IMG/VR virus record: IMGVR_UViG_3300033075_001233
Coordinates: 64,001-122,240 of that record
Source of the DNA: a virus
Taxonomy: Duplodnaviria > Heunggongvirae > Uroviricota > Caudoviricetes
Reading direction: 5' to 3' (one strand)
DNA length: 58,240 nucleotides
In this document: positions 10,801 to 19,702 of the stretch, piece by piece
How positions within the stretch are numbered: the stretch's first letter is position 1
Layout of the letters: each line of letters starts with the position of its first letter
Translations under genes and position numbers: made by a program
The notes under the pieces: model-generated
Told to the model about the DNA's origin: nothing
What the model saw: the letters and a program-made list of their open reading frames with translations, nothing else
Databases searched by the model: none

Positions 10801-11573
10801 GCGCTCCTTCTCCTGCAATAAGTGGAAGTAATGGTTCATTTAGTTATTCTACACTTACCTTTGGTAATCTGAATAATGTATCATTCTACACATCGAATGG
10901 TAGTATGGTAGCTTCAATTAATGCTGCTGGTGGACCAACTTTATCTAATTTTCAGCATCCTGAAAACATGTGGACATCTTTAGGTGCTCTAGGTCAAGGC
11001 TCACTTTCTATAAAACACATGTATGTACCATTCAATGTAACTGGTACTCAAATGAATATAGGTATGTCCGTATCTGGTGCTACAAATACATCAGCTACTA
11101 CAGCTTCTGCTAACGTATCATTATGGATAGGTATCTACACATTAAATGGTTCCTCTTTATCACTTGCATCATCTGGTTCAGCTAACAACGGATTCCAGTG
11201 GTCACAATCAGCGTCATCTACAGGTAATACATCAATCAACTCAATGAGGCTGATGAGTGTTCCTATAAACGTGAATATGACTCCGGGTGAATATTGGATG
11301 GGTGTTGTTATCTCATCTGCCACTACATATACCAGTGCTGGTTTTACATTCTATGGTGGAAACCTTATTAATAACGCTGCTACTGCTGCTGTATTTGCAC
11401 CTATTGGTTCTGGTACAACAGCCTCATCAATGGCTATTCCGTTCCAAGGTATATATACTGCTGCAACAGCAGTAGGACCATCATCTATGTCAAAAGCACA
11501 TATTAACTTCTCTTCTGCATCCAACGTACAAAGAGCCAACCTATATTGTCAGATTTTAAATAACACTTATTAA
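7893..11573 (+). CDS. Very Ser/Thr-rich long fibre protein with internal repeats
   Basis: 1226 aa dominated by S/T/G/N/A; repeated SNSNGxSFG and YTxHxHSQY units; beta-rich C-terminal domain. TTG start is uncertain. Confidence 0.75.
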   Translation: MPILNNFGPIVISNTNSTSITLDNCAVENVIGVGSAKIYVNNKMSILGKVKFQDANNVSFGMNGSVITASALAGSGANFVLSNSNGISFGTTGSVVTASYTSPTDYFSSNQSTLLQLTANNSLSLGTSYTSHTHSQYLNTSQSTLFLTNQSVQPISISASNISTILSMLQLGSENGLTLYLSNGSILGSYTDSGGAGGDGINRISAGTQIAGLTQTIVLSNSNNVSFGMSNNSVVTASASYSQPTDYISTAQSSLFQQTSLMSNYLGTDYTSHSHSQYINTSQSSLFQATSDNSLSLGTDYTSHTHSQYVNTSQSSVFQQTSLMSNYLGTAATQSFRHTSADTQLLFTSQSSLFQATSDNSLSLGTGYTTHTHSQYINTNQSSLFALTANDSLSLGTGYTTHTHSQYLNTSQSSIFEQSSHTTAFALVSHSHGNPTLALTNISGSTASNSGGFTLSLSANPAGGADGYNILAAGTQTANTTGTVVLSNSNGMSFGMSNSSIITASYTVPTDYISTGQSSLFFQTSNSSLFELSSHTTIFLTTQSGQAFSAGAASSVFQTLSFQDSNGVSFSNNAGGIRVSHALQFTSNTSAITANAINTSQSSLFQHTSATSAITSNALNTSQSSLFQHTSATSAITSNALNTSVSRVVNIVAATNNTGGGTASLSNNVSFSNANGMTFYTSAGSAIVASYSVPTLTNSSLTMQAGASTLSSVSRIAFVDSNGVSFGASTSNNGSITITATVATTYAASNHSHGNPTLALTNLTGTTASASNGFTLSLSAAAPGAGGGIVLANSQTTYTSGTVNLSGAGAITIQSTTGQSFQISVPATSSLSATGIVSISTNGSTVSIGASQSNQNISLYALGNTTQNSSTVLNASVLSLNGLQGITVGFSNGSIQLSGATGGTGGGGGIALANSQTTYTSGTAHLSGAGAITIQSTTGQSYIVSAPGSSSISGTGHVSISVNASTISIGAPSPAISGSNGSFSYSTLTFGNLNNVSFYTSNGSMVASINAAGGPTLSNFQHPENMWTSLGALGQGSLSIKHMYVPFNVTGTQMNIGMSVSGATNTSATTASANVSLWIGIYTLNGSSLSLASSGSANNGFQWSQSASSTGNTSINSMRLMSVPINVNMTPGEYWMGVVISSATTYTSAGFTFYGGNLINNAATAAVFAPIGSGTTASSMAIPFQGIYTAATAVGPSSMSKAHINFSSASNVQRANLYCQILNNTY
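8270..9200 (+). repeat. Five degenerate coding repeats GTxYT(S/T)H(T/S)HSQY(L/I/V)NT
   Basis: Five copies read directly in the translation, synonymously diverged at DNA level. Confidence 0.85.
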
Positions 11574-12118
11574 TGGCAGGAACAGCTTCAATATATTGGA
11601 TATCACAGACTGGAGGAGGTGGCTCCTGTCCATATAATGCTACCTTTTCAACTACCCTAAACTGGACAGAATCTCCAGCAGGTACATGGATACCTATATC
11701 TGGAAATAATGGTGAGGGATTTCAGGGAACATTATCAATAGGTGGGGATGGATATATTTACTCTACATACGATGGTACGGTAGATACATTAACTACAGCT
11801 ATTTTCCTAACCCCCAATGAAAGTCCAACTACACCATATTATGAAAATGTAGAATATGGAATATATATAAACTCAAGTGAAAATTATGCAACTGCTATAA
11901 TGGGAGTATATACTGATTTGGCTGTACCTGCTGTATCTGGAGACTTATTTGGAATAAGTAGAACAGGAACAACAGTAATTGCCAGATACTTTAGAGGTGG
12001 CTCATGGACAACTTTACACACATATACTGCTGCTGAGTCTTCAGCCCTTTATTATGGAGCAAGCAGTGCTGACCCCGGATGGGTAGTAAAATGTGTAAAT
12101 CCTAAATATTGTAATTAA
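11573..12118 (+). CDS. Hypothetical beta-rich protein, probably fibre-associated
   Basis: ORF coupled to the fibre gene (TAATG overlap); G/S/T/Y/W-rich. Confidence 0.5.
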   Translation: MAGTASIYWISQTGGGGSCPYNATFSTTLNWTESPAGTWIPISGNNGEGFQGTLSIGGDGYIYSTYDGTVDTLTTAIFLTPNESPTTPYYENVEYGIYINSSENYATAIMGVYTDLAVPAVSGDLFGISRTGTTVIARYFRGGSWTTLHTYTAAESSALYYGASSADPGWVVKCVNPKYCN

Positions 12119-12122
12119 TTAC

Positions 12123-13367
12123 ATGGCAACTTATTATTTATCACCTTCAGGAAATGATTCTACAGGTACTGGTGCAATTGGAAGTCCTTGGAAAACCTTA
12201 AATAAAGCTTGGACTGCTGTTGCAGCCGGAGATACCATCTATTTACGTGGTGGAACCCATGCTTATGACCACATGCAATATCTCCAATTAAGGAATGGCA
12301 CAGCAGGTAATCTTATTAAGATATGGGGATATCCCGGAGAGACAGCAGTGATTACAAGATCAGGTTCCTATGCGGTAGTTCCCGGAGTAGATCAGGACTT
12401 AATTTATTGTGAAGGAAACTATCTTCACTGGCAAGATTTGGAGATAGCTAATTTTGCTCAACTGGTGGGTGAAACAACTTGGTCAGCTTTTAGATTTGGT
12501 GATAGTAGTAACTGTATTTTTAGACGTATTAATTACCATGATAATATGGCAAGCATGTCTATAAGAGGAGCTTCGAGTAATAACTTAATCGAAGATTGTG
12601 ATTTCTACCGGAACTCTGACCCTTATGGTTCTGATGGACTTGGAACTGATGCTTGGGACGGTGCAGATGGTTTACAAATTAACTTCTGCTCAGGTAATGG
12701 AAATATAATAAGAAATTGCAGAGCTTGGTGGAATTGTGACGATGGTTTTGATGTTTGGGAAAATCTTGGGATGGTTACAATAGAAAATTGTTGGTCATTT
12801 TATAATGGATATAAACCGGGAACATTTGATACTGCCGGTAATGGGTCAGGTATAAAACTAGGCAGTACTACTGGAACTGATATAAATACTAAGTATCGTA
12901 CTGTAACAAACTGTATTGTTCATAAAAATAGATCATTTGGAATTGTTGAAAATCAACTACTTGGAAAATCTGATATTTTTAACAATACTGTCTCAGAATC
13001 AGGTGTTTATGGATTCTGGTTTGGTTCATGGAATGCATCAGTAGCTAGTATTACAAACAATATATCATACAATGATGCTGCTAATGAAATTGTAGGAAAT
13101 GCTGTAACTACAACAAATAGCTGGCAAGGAGCCCTATCCCTTACTTCTGAAGACTTCCAGAGTTTGGATGATAGTCAACTGGATAATGCCAGAAATGGTG
13201 ATGGAACTCTACCTACAATAACTTTTATGAAACTGGCTGCTGGATCAGACTTGATAAATGCAGGTACAAATGTTGGATTACCTTATACAGGACCAGCCCC
13301 AGATTTAGGATATGCCGAATATGCTGCTTCTGGTTCAAATACAGCAAGTTTAGCATGGCTTTTCTAA
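12123..13367 (+). CDS. Right-handed beta-helix polysaccharide lyase, PL9 (PelL)-like
   Basis: YYLSPSGND...PWKT...GDTIYLRGGT N-terminus; DGADG, RAWWNCDDGFD and GNGSGIKLG match PL9 calcium-binding and catalytic-Lys motifs. Confidence 0.8.
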   Translation: MATYYLSPSGNDSTGTGAIGSPWKTLNKAWTAVAAGDTIYLRGGTHAYDHMQYLQLRNGTAGNLIKIWGYPGETAVITRSGSYAVVPGVDQDLIYCEGNYLHWQDLEIANFAQLVGETTWSAFRFGDSSNCIFRRINYHDNMASMSIRGASSNNLIEDCDFYRNSDPYGSDGLGTDAWDGADGLQINFCSGNGNIIRNCRAWWNCDDGFDVWENLGMVTIENCWSFYNGYKPGTFDTAGNGSGIKLGSTTGTDINTKYRTVTNCIVHKNRSFGIVENQLLGKSDIFNNTVSESGVYGFWFGSWNASVASITNNISYNDAANEIVGNAVTTTNSWQGALSLTSEDFQSLDDSQLDNARNGDGTLPTITFMKLAAGSDLINAGTNVGLPYTGPAPDLGYAEYAASGSNTASLAWLF

Positions 13368-13374
13368 TAAAAAA

Positions 13375-13406
13375 TTTGTTTTTTAACTAAATACTTTTTA
13401 TCTTTG
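13375..13406 (+). promoter_or_regulatory. Bacteroidota-type promoter (TTTG ... TATCTTTG)
   Basis: TTTG at 13375 and TATCTTTG at 13399-13406, upstream of the ATG at 13428. Confidence 0.6.
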
Positions 13407-13427
13407 CATTAAAACCAAACAGGAAAA

Positions 13428-14177
13428 ATGAGTAACGAAGCAAAAATACACTTTGATCCCTTATATAGCTATGCTGGATATCATAATTCAAATCCGGAAA
13501 CAGCTAAAAGGCTCTCAAAATCAAAGAGTTATGAAGATTTATCTACAATATGTATAGTACCTTGTATTGGTGGTATTCCTCCAAAAATAGTTCAATCATG
13601 GAGAGGAATGATGACACCAATGAATCAAAGGTTTATTATGCTTATGGTGGAGAAAATGGAAGTGGGACAAGCGTATTCAACTACAATTGAACAAATTCTT
13701 GCAAATCCTGAACTTTCTAAATGGAAATACATATTAACAATCGAACATGATAATGCTCCTCCTCCTGATGGACTTCTCAAACTATATGAGAATATGGATA
13801 AGTATGATGGTATAGGAGGATTGTATTTTACAAAAGGTGAAGCTGGTCAACCTATGTGTTATGGTAGGCCAAATTCATTCCCTGTTAATTTTATTCCATT
13901 TATGCCTGATCCTGAGACAGTTACACCGTGTAGAGGTATCGCTATGGGATTTTCTCTTTTTAAAATGGAAATGTTTAAGGATAAACGTCTACCAAGACCT
14001 TTATTTGAAACAAAACAAGAATATACTCCCGGTGTAGGTGCTCAAGCTTATACCCAAGACCTCGCTTTTTGTGAAGCTGCGGGAAAGTTGGGCTACAAAT
14101 TCGCAGTAGATTCCCGTGTTAGGGTTGGTCACTATGATTATACTGGAACAGCAGGTATACCAGACTTTATGTGGTAA
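13428..14177 (+). CDS. GT-A fold glycosyltransferase-like protein
   Basis: ILTIEHDN (DxD-like position), GIAMGFSLFK and VDSRVRVGHYD resemble small phage GT2-like enzymes. Confidence 0.6.
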   Translation: MSNEAKIHFDPLYSYAGYHNSNPETAKRLSKSKSYEDLSTICIVPCIGGIPPKIVQSWRGMMTPMNQRFIMLMVEKMEVGQAYSTTIEQILANPELSKWKYILTIEHDNAPPPDGLLKLYENMDKYDGIGGLYFTKGEAGQPMCYGRPNSFPVNFIPFMPDPETVTPCRGIAMGFSLFKMEMFKDKRLPRPLFETKQEYTPGVGAQAYTQDLAFCEAAGKLGYKFAVDSRVRVGHYDYTGTAGIPDFMW

Positions 14178-14188
14178 ATATTTTTAAT

Positions 14189-14590
14189 ATGGGAAAGAAA
14201 TATACATTAATGACTCCTGAAGAAAAGGAAAAAGTCAAAATTTACCAAAAAGCTTGGAGAGAAAGAAATAGAGAAAAAGATAATAAATATAAAAGAGAAT
14301 CATATCTTAGAAATAAAGAAAAATTTATTTTATTAGAAAGAGATAGACAATATAAAAAAAGATATGGTATTTCTTTAGATGATTACAATAAGCTTTTAAA
14401 AGAACAAAATGGTGAGTGTAAAATATGTAAAACTACAATATCTGGGCCTAAAACTAATAATTTTGCTGTAGATCATGACCATAACACAGGTTACGTTAGA
14501 GGCTTATTATGTATAAAATGTAACGGAGCTTTAGGATGGTACGAAAAATATAAAGAAGGAATTGAAAAGTATATGATTGACAATCAATGA
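14189..14590 (+). CDS. Endonuclease VII-like HNH homing endonuclease
   Basis: CKIC...AVDHDHNTGYVRGLLCIKCNGALG; likely ATG at 14189. Confidence 0.85.
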   Translation: MGKKYTLMTPEEKEKVKIYQKAWRERNREKDNKYKRESYLRNKEKFILLERDRQYKKRYGISLDDYNKLLKEQNGECKICKTTISGPKTNNFAVDHDHNTGYVRGLLCIKCNGALGWYEKYKEGIEKYMIDNQ

Positions 14591-14593
14591 GTT

Positions 14594-14776
14594 ATGAAAT
14601 GTATAAATTGTAAAAAAGAACATGATGGGTTTAGCTGGTTTTGTAAGGATTGTTATGAATTAAAAGAAAAAGCTTATGCTAAAGCTAAAGAATTAGGGCT
14701 TAATAACCATCTTGAAATTATGAATTTAAGAGACAAAGCTCTATCAGATTATTTAAAAAATAAAACAAACCAATAA
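14594..14776 (+). CDS. Small hypothetical protein with two CxxC motifs
   Basis: CINC...CKDC; tightly packed between neighbours. Confidence 0.5.
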   Translation: MKCINCKKEHDGFSWFCKDCYELKEKAYAKAKELGLNNHLEIMNLRDKALSDYLKNKTNQ

Positions 14777-14779
14777 ATA

Positions 14780-15382
14780 ATGGCAACTAAAAAAACCAAA
14801 AAAGAAGAAAAAGTATCAGAGGTATTGGAAATAGTACCCGTAAAACCGGTAAGAATTGACTTTGGATGTGGTCAAAACTGTACAGTGGGTGAAGATGGTG
14901 AAAAATATATAGGAGTAGATTTTGTAAAATGTGAAGGTGTTGATATAGTGCACGATTTAACTAGTTTTCCCTATCCTTTTGAGGATAATAGTGTAGATGA
15001 AATCGTAAGTAGTCACTTTGTAGAACACCTTACAGGTGAAGATTTCATGAAACATATGGATGAATGTTGGAGAATTCTAAAACCTAATGGTAAGATGAGA
15101 CTCATACACCCTTATTGTTTTTCAGAAAGAGCTTTCCAAGACCCCACTCATAAGACATTTATTCCTTCAGCTCGTTATCTTTATTTTGATAAAAACTGGA
15201 GACAAATTAATAAATTAGATCACTATCCAATTAAGAGTGATTATAGTTTTGAAGTGCATGTATCATTCCATAATGATAAAGGTGAAAATTGGACAATGAG
15301 GGAAGAAAAATTCAGAAATTACGCTATGGCACATTATATCAATGTAGTAGCTGATTTAATTGTTTACCTAACTAAACGCTAA
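14780..15382 (+). CDS. Class I SAM-dependent methyltransferase
   Basis: RIDFGCG, GVD, FEDNSVDEIVSSHFVEHL, RILKPNG. Confidence 0.85.
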   Translation: MATKKTKKEEKVSEVLEIVPVKPVRIDFGCGQNCTVGEDGEKYIGVDFVKCEGVDIVHDLTSFPYPFEDNSVDEIVSSHFVEHLTGEDFMKHMDECWRILKPNGKMRLIHPYCFSERAFQDPTHKTFIPSARYLYFDKNWRQINKLDHYPIKSDYSFEVHVSFHNDKGENWTMREEKFRNYAMAHYINVVADLIVYLTKR

Positions 15383-15383
15383 T

Positions 15384-16490
15384 ATGAGAGAATATAGTAT
15401 AATTTCATGTGTAGAGGATAATGAGCGATTTATTTGGGAAACTACTGTTCAATTACATAATGCTAGAAAATATAATCTTTCTGATAAATTTAGAATATTA
15501 GTATTTTTACCAGCATATAATTTATCCAGAGGATTATCTCCAAAATGGAAAGAATTAGCTAATATATTTAAAGAAACTAAATTCTTTTTCTTTGTAGATA
15601 AAACAGCAAGCGTGACAGATTTAGCTGTAGAATATCAATATATACCTATTCATAGGTTATGTTCATTAGAACAACATTTTAAAGATTTCCCAGAGCTTGA
15701 AAAACAGGCTATATTATATATAGATAGTGATGTTATTTTTACATCTACTCCTAAATTTTTAGATTATTTAGAGGATGATGTAAATTATTTATCAGATACA
15801 CATACTTATTTAAATCATGAATATCTAGCATCAAAAGAAAAAGATATAGTTAAAGGAAAAGAAGAAGAGTATAAAAAAGCAAATGTAATAGCTAAAGCAG
15901 CATCATTTGCAAAACTTACAGAAGAAGATTTAAAACAAAACAATAATAATACTGGAGGAGCACATTATTTATTTAAAAATATCACATCTAAATTTTTCTC
16001 CTCATGTATAGAAACTTGTTTACTGGTAAGAATGTATTTCCAAGTCGTAAATCAACAGTTTTTTCCCGGAGATTTGCCTCTCGAAAGAGAAAACAACGGT
16101 ATACAAAGCTGGTGCGCAGATATGTGGTCCATTCAATGGAACTTATGGAGATTCAAATTACCATCAGAAACACCAAGCTGGATGGACTTCACTTGGGCCA
16201 CAGAAGAAACATCAAAATTAGATAAACGTTTCTGGATGCATAATGCTGGAGTTACTGCTGATTCTAAAATAAGAATAGTTGACAATTTAAAATCTAAAAA
16301 AGATGAAGAAGGAAAGCTAATTATCATAGATGCACCTGCTTTCTATAAAGAAAGTTACAAAAATAGATCAGTATTTGATGATATTGAAAATCTTCAAAAA
16401 ATACTAGATCATCCTGAATCTATTAAATATTGTACTTCGGTATACGTTCAGGAAATTATAGATACATACAATTCACTAATAAAAAAATAG
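15384..16490 (+). CDS. GT-A fold glycosyltransferase
   Basis: ILYIDSDVIF DxD motif, GGAHYL, WCADMW and a C-terminal HNAG motif. Confidence 0.7.
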   Translation: MREYSIISCVEDNERFIWETTVQLHNARKYNLSDKFRILVFLPAYNLSRGLSPKWKELANIFKETKFFFFVDKTASVTDLAVEYQYIPIHRLCSLEQHFKDFPELEKQAILYIDSDVIFTSTPKFLDYLEDDVNYLSDTHTYLNHEYLASKEKDIVKGKEEEYKKANVIAKAASFAKLTEEDLKQNNNNTGGAHYLFKNITSKFFSSCIETCLLVRMYFQVVNQQFFPGDLPLERENNGIQSWCADMWSIQWNLWRFKLPSETPSWMDFTWATEETSKLDKRFWMHNAGVTADSKIRIVDNLKSKKDEEGKLIIIDAPAFYKESYKNRSVFDDIENLQKILDHPESIKYCTSVYVQEIIDTYNSLIKK

Positions 16491-16493
16491 AAA

Positions 16494-16901
16494 ATGAATA
16501 ACAGAACAAAACTTTTTACACGTTTGGATGCCAAGAAAAATCGTATCCCCGGTTCATCTGTACAACGCAAAAATAAGCCTAAAGTAGGTGATTGGGTTGA
16601 AGAAGATGTAAACGTATGTTGTGCACCATATGTACTGCTTACTGCTACGCCAGCAGACGTTACAGATGATGTATTTAACGTAGTTATCTCTTGCAGTGCT
16701 TCCCCTGTACTTACTCAGGTGGTAACATTAGCATCAGCTACAACCACTATTCAAGATGTAGTAGACGGTTTAAACAGTAAAGCATCCCATCTTGGTACAT
16801 TCCAAGTAGACGGAAGTAACATACTTTTAAAGTTGAAGCAAGACGTAGCAGACACATTATGTGCTGATTCTGCTAATCTCACTTTGGCAATCACCGTATA
16901 A
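16494..16901 (+). CDS. Hypothetical, possibly structural protein
   Basis: Basic N-terminus ending in CC, followed by a beta-rich domain. Confidence 0.45.
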   Translation: MNNRTKLFTRLDAKKNRIPGSSVQRKNKPKVGDWVEEDVNVCCAPYVLLTATPADVTDDVFNVVISCSASPVLTQVVTLASATTTIQDVVDGLNSKASHLGTFQVDGSNILLKLKQDVADTLCADSANLTLAITV

Positions 16902-16911
16902 ATAAACTTTT

Positions 16912-17322
16912 ATGGCAATTTTACTCGAAGGAGATAGTTCTTCTTCTGGCTCATTGACTATTGAACAAATAGCGTCAAAGCTTTCGCATTTCTATGAACA
17001 GATACATCTGTTACATTGGCAAACTACATCAATTGCAGAACACCAATCTTTAGGATCACTATATGAAAAATTAGTAGATTTTAAAGACGAAATTGTTGAA
17101 AAATTGATGGGATATATGTCTAAGCGACCTAATGCTTTTAAAATAGAGCCCCTTATCAATTATGGACAAGGTGTTCCCCAAAAAGTGGTAAAAGCGTTAG
17201 CTATATTTGCTACACAACTAGAAGATTGGGCTGAAGGACAGGAATTTTGTGATGTAGAACAAATAGCTCAGACATTAAATGGAGAAGCTAATAAGACATT
17301 ATATCTTTTAACTCTAAGTTAA
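16912..17322 (+). CDS. Ferritin-like/Dps-like four-helix protein (DUF5856-like)
   Basis: IHLLHWQT..IAEHQSLGSLYEKLVDFKDEIVE pattern of H/E/D ligands; ends KTLYLLTLS. Confidence 0.65.
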   Translation: MAILLEGDSSSSGSLTIEQIASKLSHFYEQIHLLHWQTTSIAEHQSLGSLYEKLVDFKDEIVEKLMGYMSKRPNAFKIEPLINYGQGVPQKVVKALAIFATQLEDWAEGQEFCDVEQIAQTLNGEANKTLYLLTLS

Positions 17323-17324
17323 AT

Positions 17325-17606
17325 ATGGAAATATCCTATAAGAACTTTACAAAAGATCATATTCCAGATAATGAGGCTCATTATTTTGATTTGTTGGAAA
17401 CCCTTATTGATAGTATGGACAGTAATTCCTACTTCACGATAATCAAAAATCCTGAAGATTATACATTTCGTCTTAGCCTATCTATTAGAAAAATAGATCA
17501 TATTATAAGTCATATAAACTCTCTTAATAACGCATGGGGTATAAAAGCTGATTTTTCTAAATCTATGCGATCTGGAAATATTTTTTGGAAAATCCATATA
17601 AACTAA
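17325..17606 (+). CDS. Hypothetical protein
   Basis: ORF packing and codon usage. Confidence 0.55.
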   Translation: MEISYKNFTKDHIPDNEAHYFDLLETLIDSMDSNSYFTIIKNPEDYTFRLSLSIRKIDHIISHINSLNNAWGIKADFSKSMRSGNIFWKIHIN

Positions 17607-17637
17607 TTATCTTTACACTATAAAACCAAAAAGAAAA

Positions 17638-18066
17638 ATGAAAACAGTTAAATTAAAAACTAAATATCTTGATAATTATTTAGTTGAAATTTTCGGATCA
17701 GACAGGGTACAAGACCCACTTCTTTTGAAGAATATTTCTCAAAAGACTAAATTCCATCTTAAAAAGTTAGGAAATGCTATTCAGACAGAATATCGTCAAG
17801 TGATTGATCAAATTAAAGAACTCTATGATGAATATCATGAAGAGTATATTCCAGAAGGAGAAACTACTCCTAAAAAGAAAATTAAAGAAGGAATGGAAGA
17901 AGAATTTCGTAAGAAATTAAATGAATTAGATGAAATTGATATTGAAGTACAAACAGTAGAATTCACCGAAAAAGACTTTACAGATGTTGTTACAAAAGAT
18001 GTCGTTGCAGGGAGCATATATTACAATATTCTCGATATCCTGTTATGGGATGAAAAAATTGATTGA
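17638..18066 (+). CDS. Hypothetical acidic/coiled-coil protein
   Basis: ORF with an A-rich leader; last gene of the + block. Confidence 0.6.
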   Translation: MKTVKLKTKYLDNYLVEIFGSDRVQDPLLLKNISQKTKFHLKKLGNAIQTEYRQVIDQIKELYDEYHEEYIPEGETTPKKKIKEGMEEEFRKKLNELDEIDIEVQTVEFTEKDFTDVVTKDVVAGSIYYNILDILLWDEKID

Positions 18067-18085
18067 TTACGTTGTTGATATAAGA

Positions 18086-18114
18086 AAAAAAGCCCCTAAT
18101 TAAAGGGGCTTTTT
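18086..18114. terminator. Bidirectional intrinsic terminator at the block convergence
   Basis: AAAAAGCCCCT-AATTAA-AGGGGCTTTTT, with A and T runs on either side. Confidence 0.85.
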
Positions 18115-19701
18115 CGTTTGTGGCCAAGTATTAACATATTCCCGCAAGGATTTCTTTGACATTCCTCTTATTTTCTCTAATTCTTCATAATTCTTACCGA
18201 ACATAGGGTTTGATCCTCCACTATCAGGCCCACACCAATGATCTATATGATATACTATTCCTTTGATTCTCAGGATTTTATATCCTAATTTATTAAATCT
18301 TTCATACCTTTCCACATCTTCTGGGCCATAGCTTATAAAATTCTCATTTTCTCCTCCTCCCTCAAAAAACCTCTCTCTATTCCATATAATAATATGTCCT
18401 ACACTCTTAGGATCAAATGGCCGTGTTCCTTTAAACACTGTACTACCTAATATACCCACATCTCCTCCTGTATCCCTCAATTTACGATACCATTCTACTC
18501 TGTTCAATCGAGCTACTCTACCATCATAAGGATACACCATATCTGCTTCTTCTCGCATAATAGCATCTACACCAAGTTTCATTTGTAGAATTGAACATAT
18601 ATTATCACAATCGAAGTTTATTACAATTTTACATTGATTTAATACTTCACTTGCCATTTCATTTAACATTTTTGTACGATGAAATATATCACCTTTAAAA
18701 AATGAAAATCCATAGCAACCATATGAATTTTTAAACATTGTACTTCCACCCTGTTCAGATATATAAGTATATGTTATAAAGTTTTTATTAATCCAGTCTA
18801 AACATAACTTTAAATTTTCTACTCTATCAGAATGATCATACTTAGTAGGAATTGTAAAAGCAACATCATTAAAATTAAATCTTTCACCTCTATAATCATA
18901 TGATATCCAATCTTCCGGCCAAAAATCTTTTGTACTATGTGTTTCTTGTAAATATCCTTTAAAATATTTAGAAGGATATATAACAACACTATCTGGTTTT
19001 TGTCCAAGATAAGCTTGCCACCATGAAAATGTGCTATTAGGTATAATAAAATGATCGCAGAATGTACCTAAACAGAGCTGTTCTATATCAGATAATCCTT
19101 CTGCAAAATAGATACTTTCGTGACAATCTAAATGTCGCTTAGCATAGTCATAATTATCACTAAATACAATGATGTTATTTTCCTGTTCCCAATTTGGGAA
19201 ATATTTATATAAAGCACCAAGTTGATATTTAATATCTAAAATTTCATAATTTCCATTATCTACATAATCTTCTGCTACACGTATACCAATTAATATTGTA
19301 TGTTTATTATTGGAAAATATATGACTATATTGTTCATACAATCTATATTTAAATTCAGGTGTAAAATTAAATAATAAACCACTTATATCAGACCTATAAT
19401 GTGCCCAATATTTAGGAGATTGTAACCATCCTGTAACGCTAACGTGATCTTTTCCTTCAAATTGCTTCTTCCAATAATCCCATCCAGAAAATGAATAAGA
19501 TGGTTCAGCTATATCTTCTTTAAAATCTCCCCTCGGTATAATATCTATATTTGATGTAAAATATTCAGCATAATTCCACTCAGGAAGTGCTAATTTTCTA
19601 TTAAATCGTTTTGACATTCCATATAAAGAAGCTAGTTGGAACATTGAATTCCCAAGCCTACCCATACGCCGTCCAAATTTAGAATAAGAAATAGTTTTCA
19701 T
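18100..19701 (-). CDS. Bifunctional glycosyltransferase: GT11 (alpha-1,2-fucosyltransferase-like) fused to a GT-A galactosyltransferase-like domain
   Basis: GRLGNSMFQ, FSDNYDYAK and DHFIIPNSTFSWW are GT11 motifs; NFDCD and GGGENENFISYGPEDVE resemble the GT7/GT2 C-terminal motif. Confidence 0.8.
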   Translation of the reverse strand: MKTISYSKFGRRMGRLGNSMFQLASLYGMSKRFNRKLALPEWNYAEYFTSNIDIIPRGDFKEDIAEPSYSFSGWDYWKKQFEGKDHVSVTGWLQSPKYWAHYRSDISGLLFNFTPEFKYRLYEQYSHIFSNNKHTILIGIRVAEDYVDNGNYEILDIKYQLGALYKYFPNWEQENNIIVFSDNYDYAKRHLDCHESIYFAEGLSDIEQLCLGTFCDHFIIPNSTFSWWQAYLGQKPDSVVIYPSKYFKGYLQETHSTKDFWPEDWISYDYRGERFNFNDVAFTIPTKYDHSDRVENLKLCLDWINKNFITYTYISEQGGSTMFKNSYGCYGFSFFKGDIFHRTKMLNEMASEVLNQCKIVINFDCDNICSILQMKLGVDAIMREEADMVYPYDGRVARLNRVEWYRKLRDTGGDVGILGSTVFKGTRPFDPKSVGHIIIWNRERFFEGGGENENFISYGPEDVERYERFNKLGYKILRIKGIVYHIDHWCGPDSGGSNPMFGKNYEELEKIRGMSKKSLREYVNTWPQTKKPL

Positions 19702-19702
19702 A

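Noticed and set aside
459-11539. Minus-strand and alternate-frame ORFs inside the + block (e.g. 1067-1369, 3545-3982, 9185-9394)
   Set aside because: Shadow ORFs overlapping long, well-supported genes; no motifs.
7893-11573. CRISPR array or DGR template/variable repeats
   Set aside because: The repeats are in-frame protein repeats with synonymous divergence; no spacers, no adenine-specific variant pair and no reverse transcriptase.
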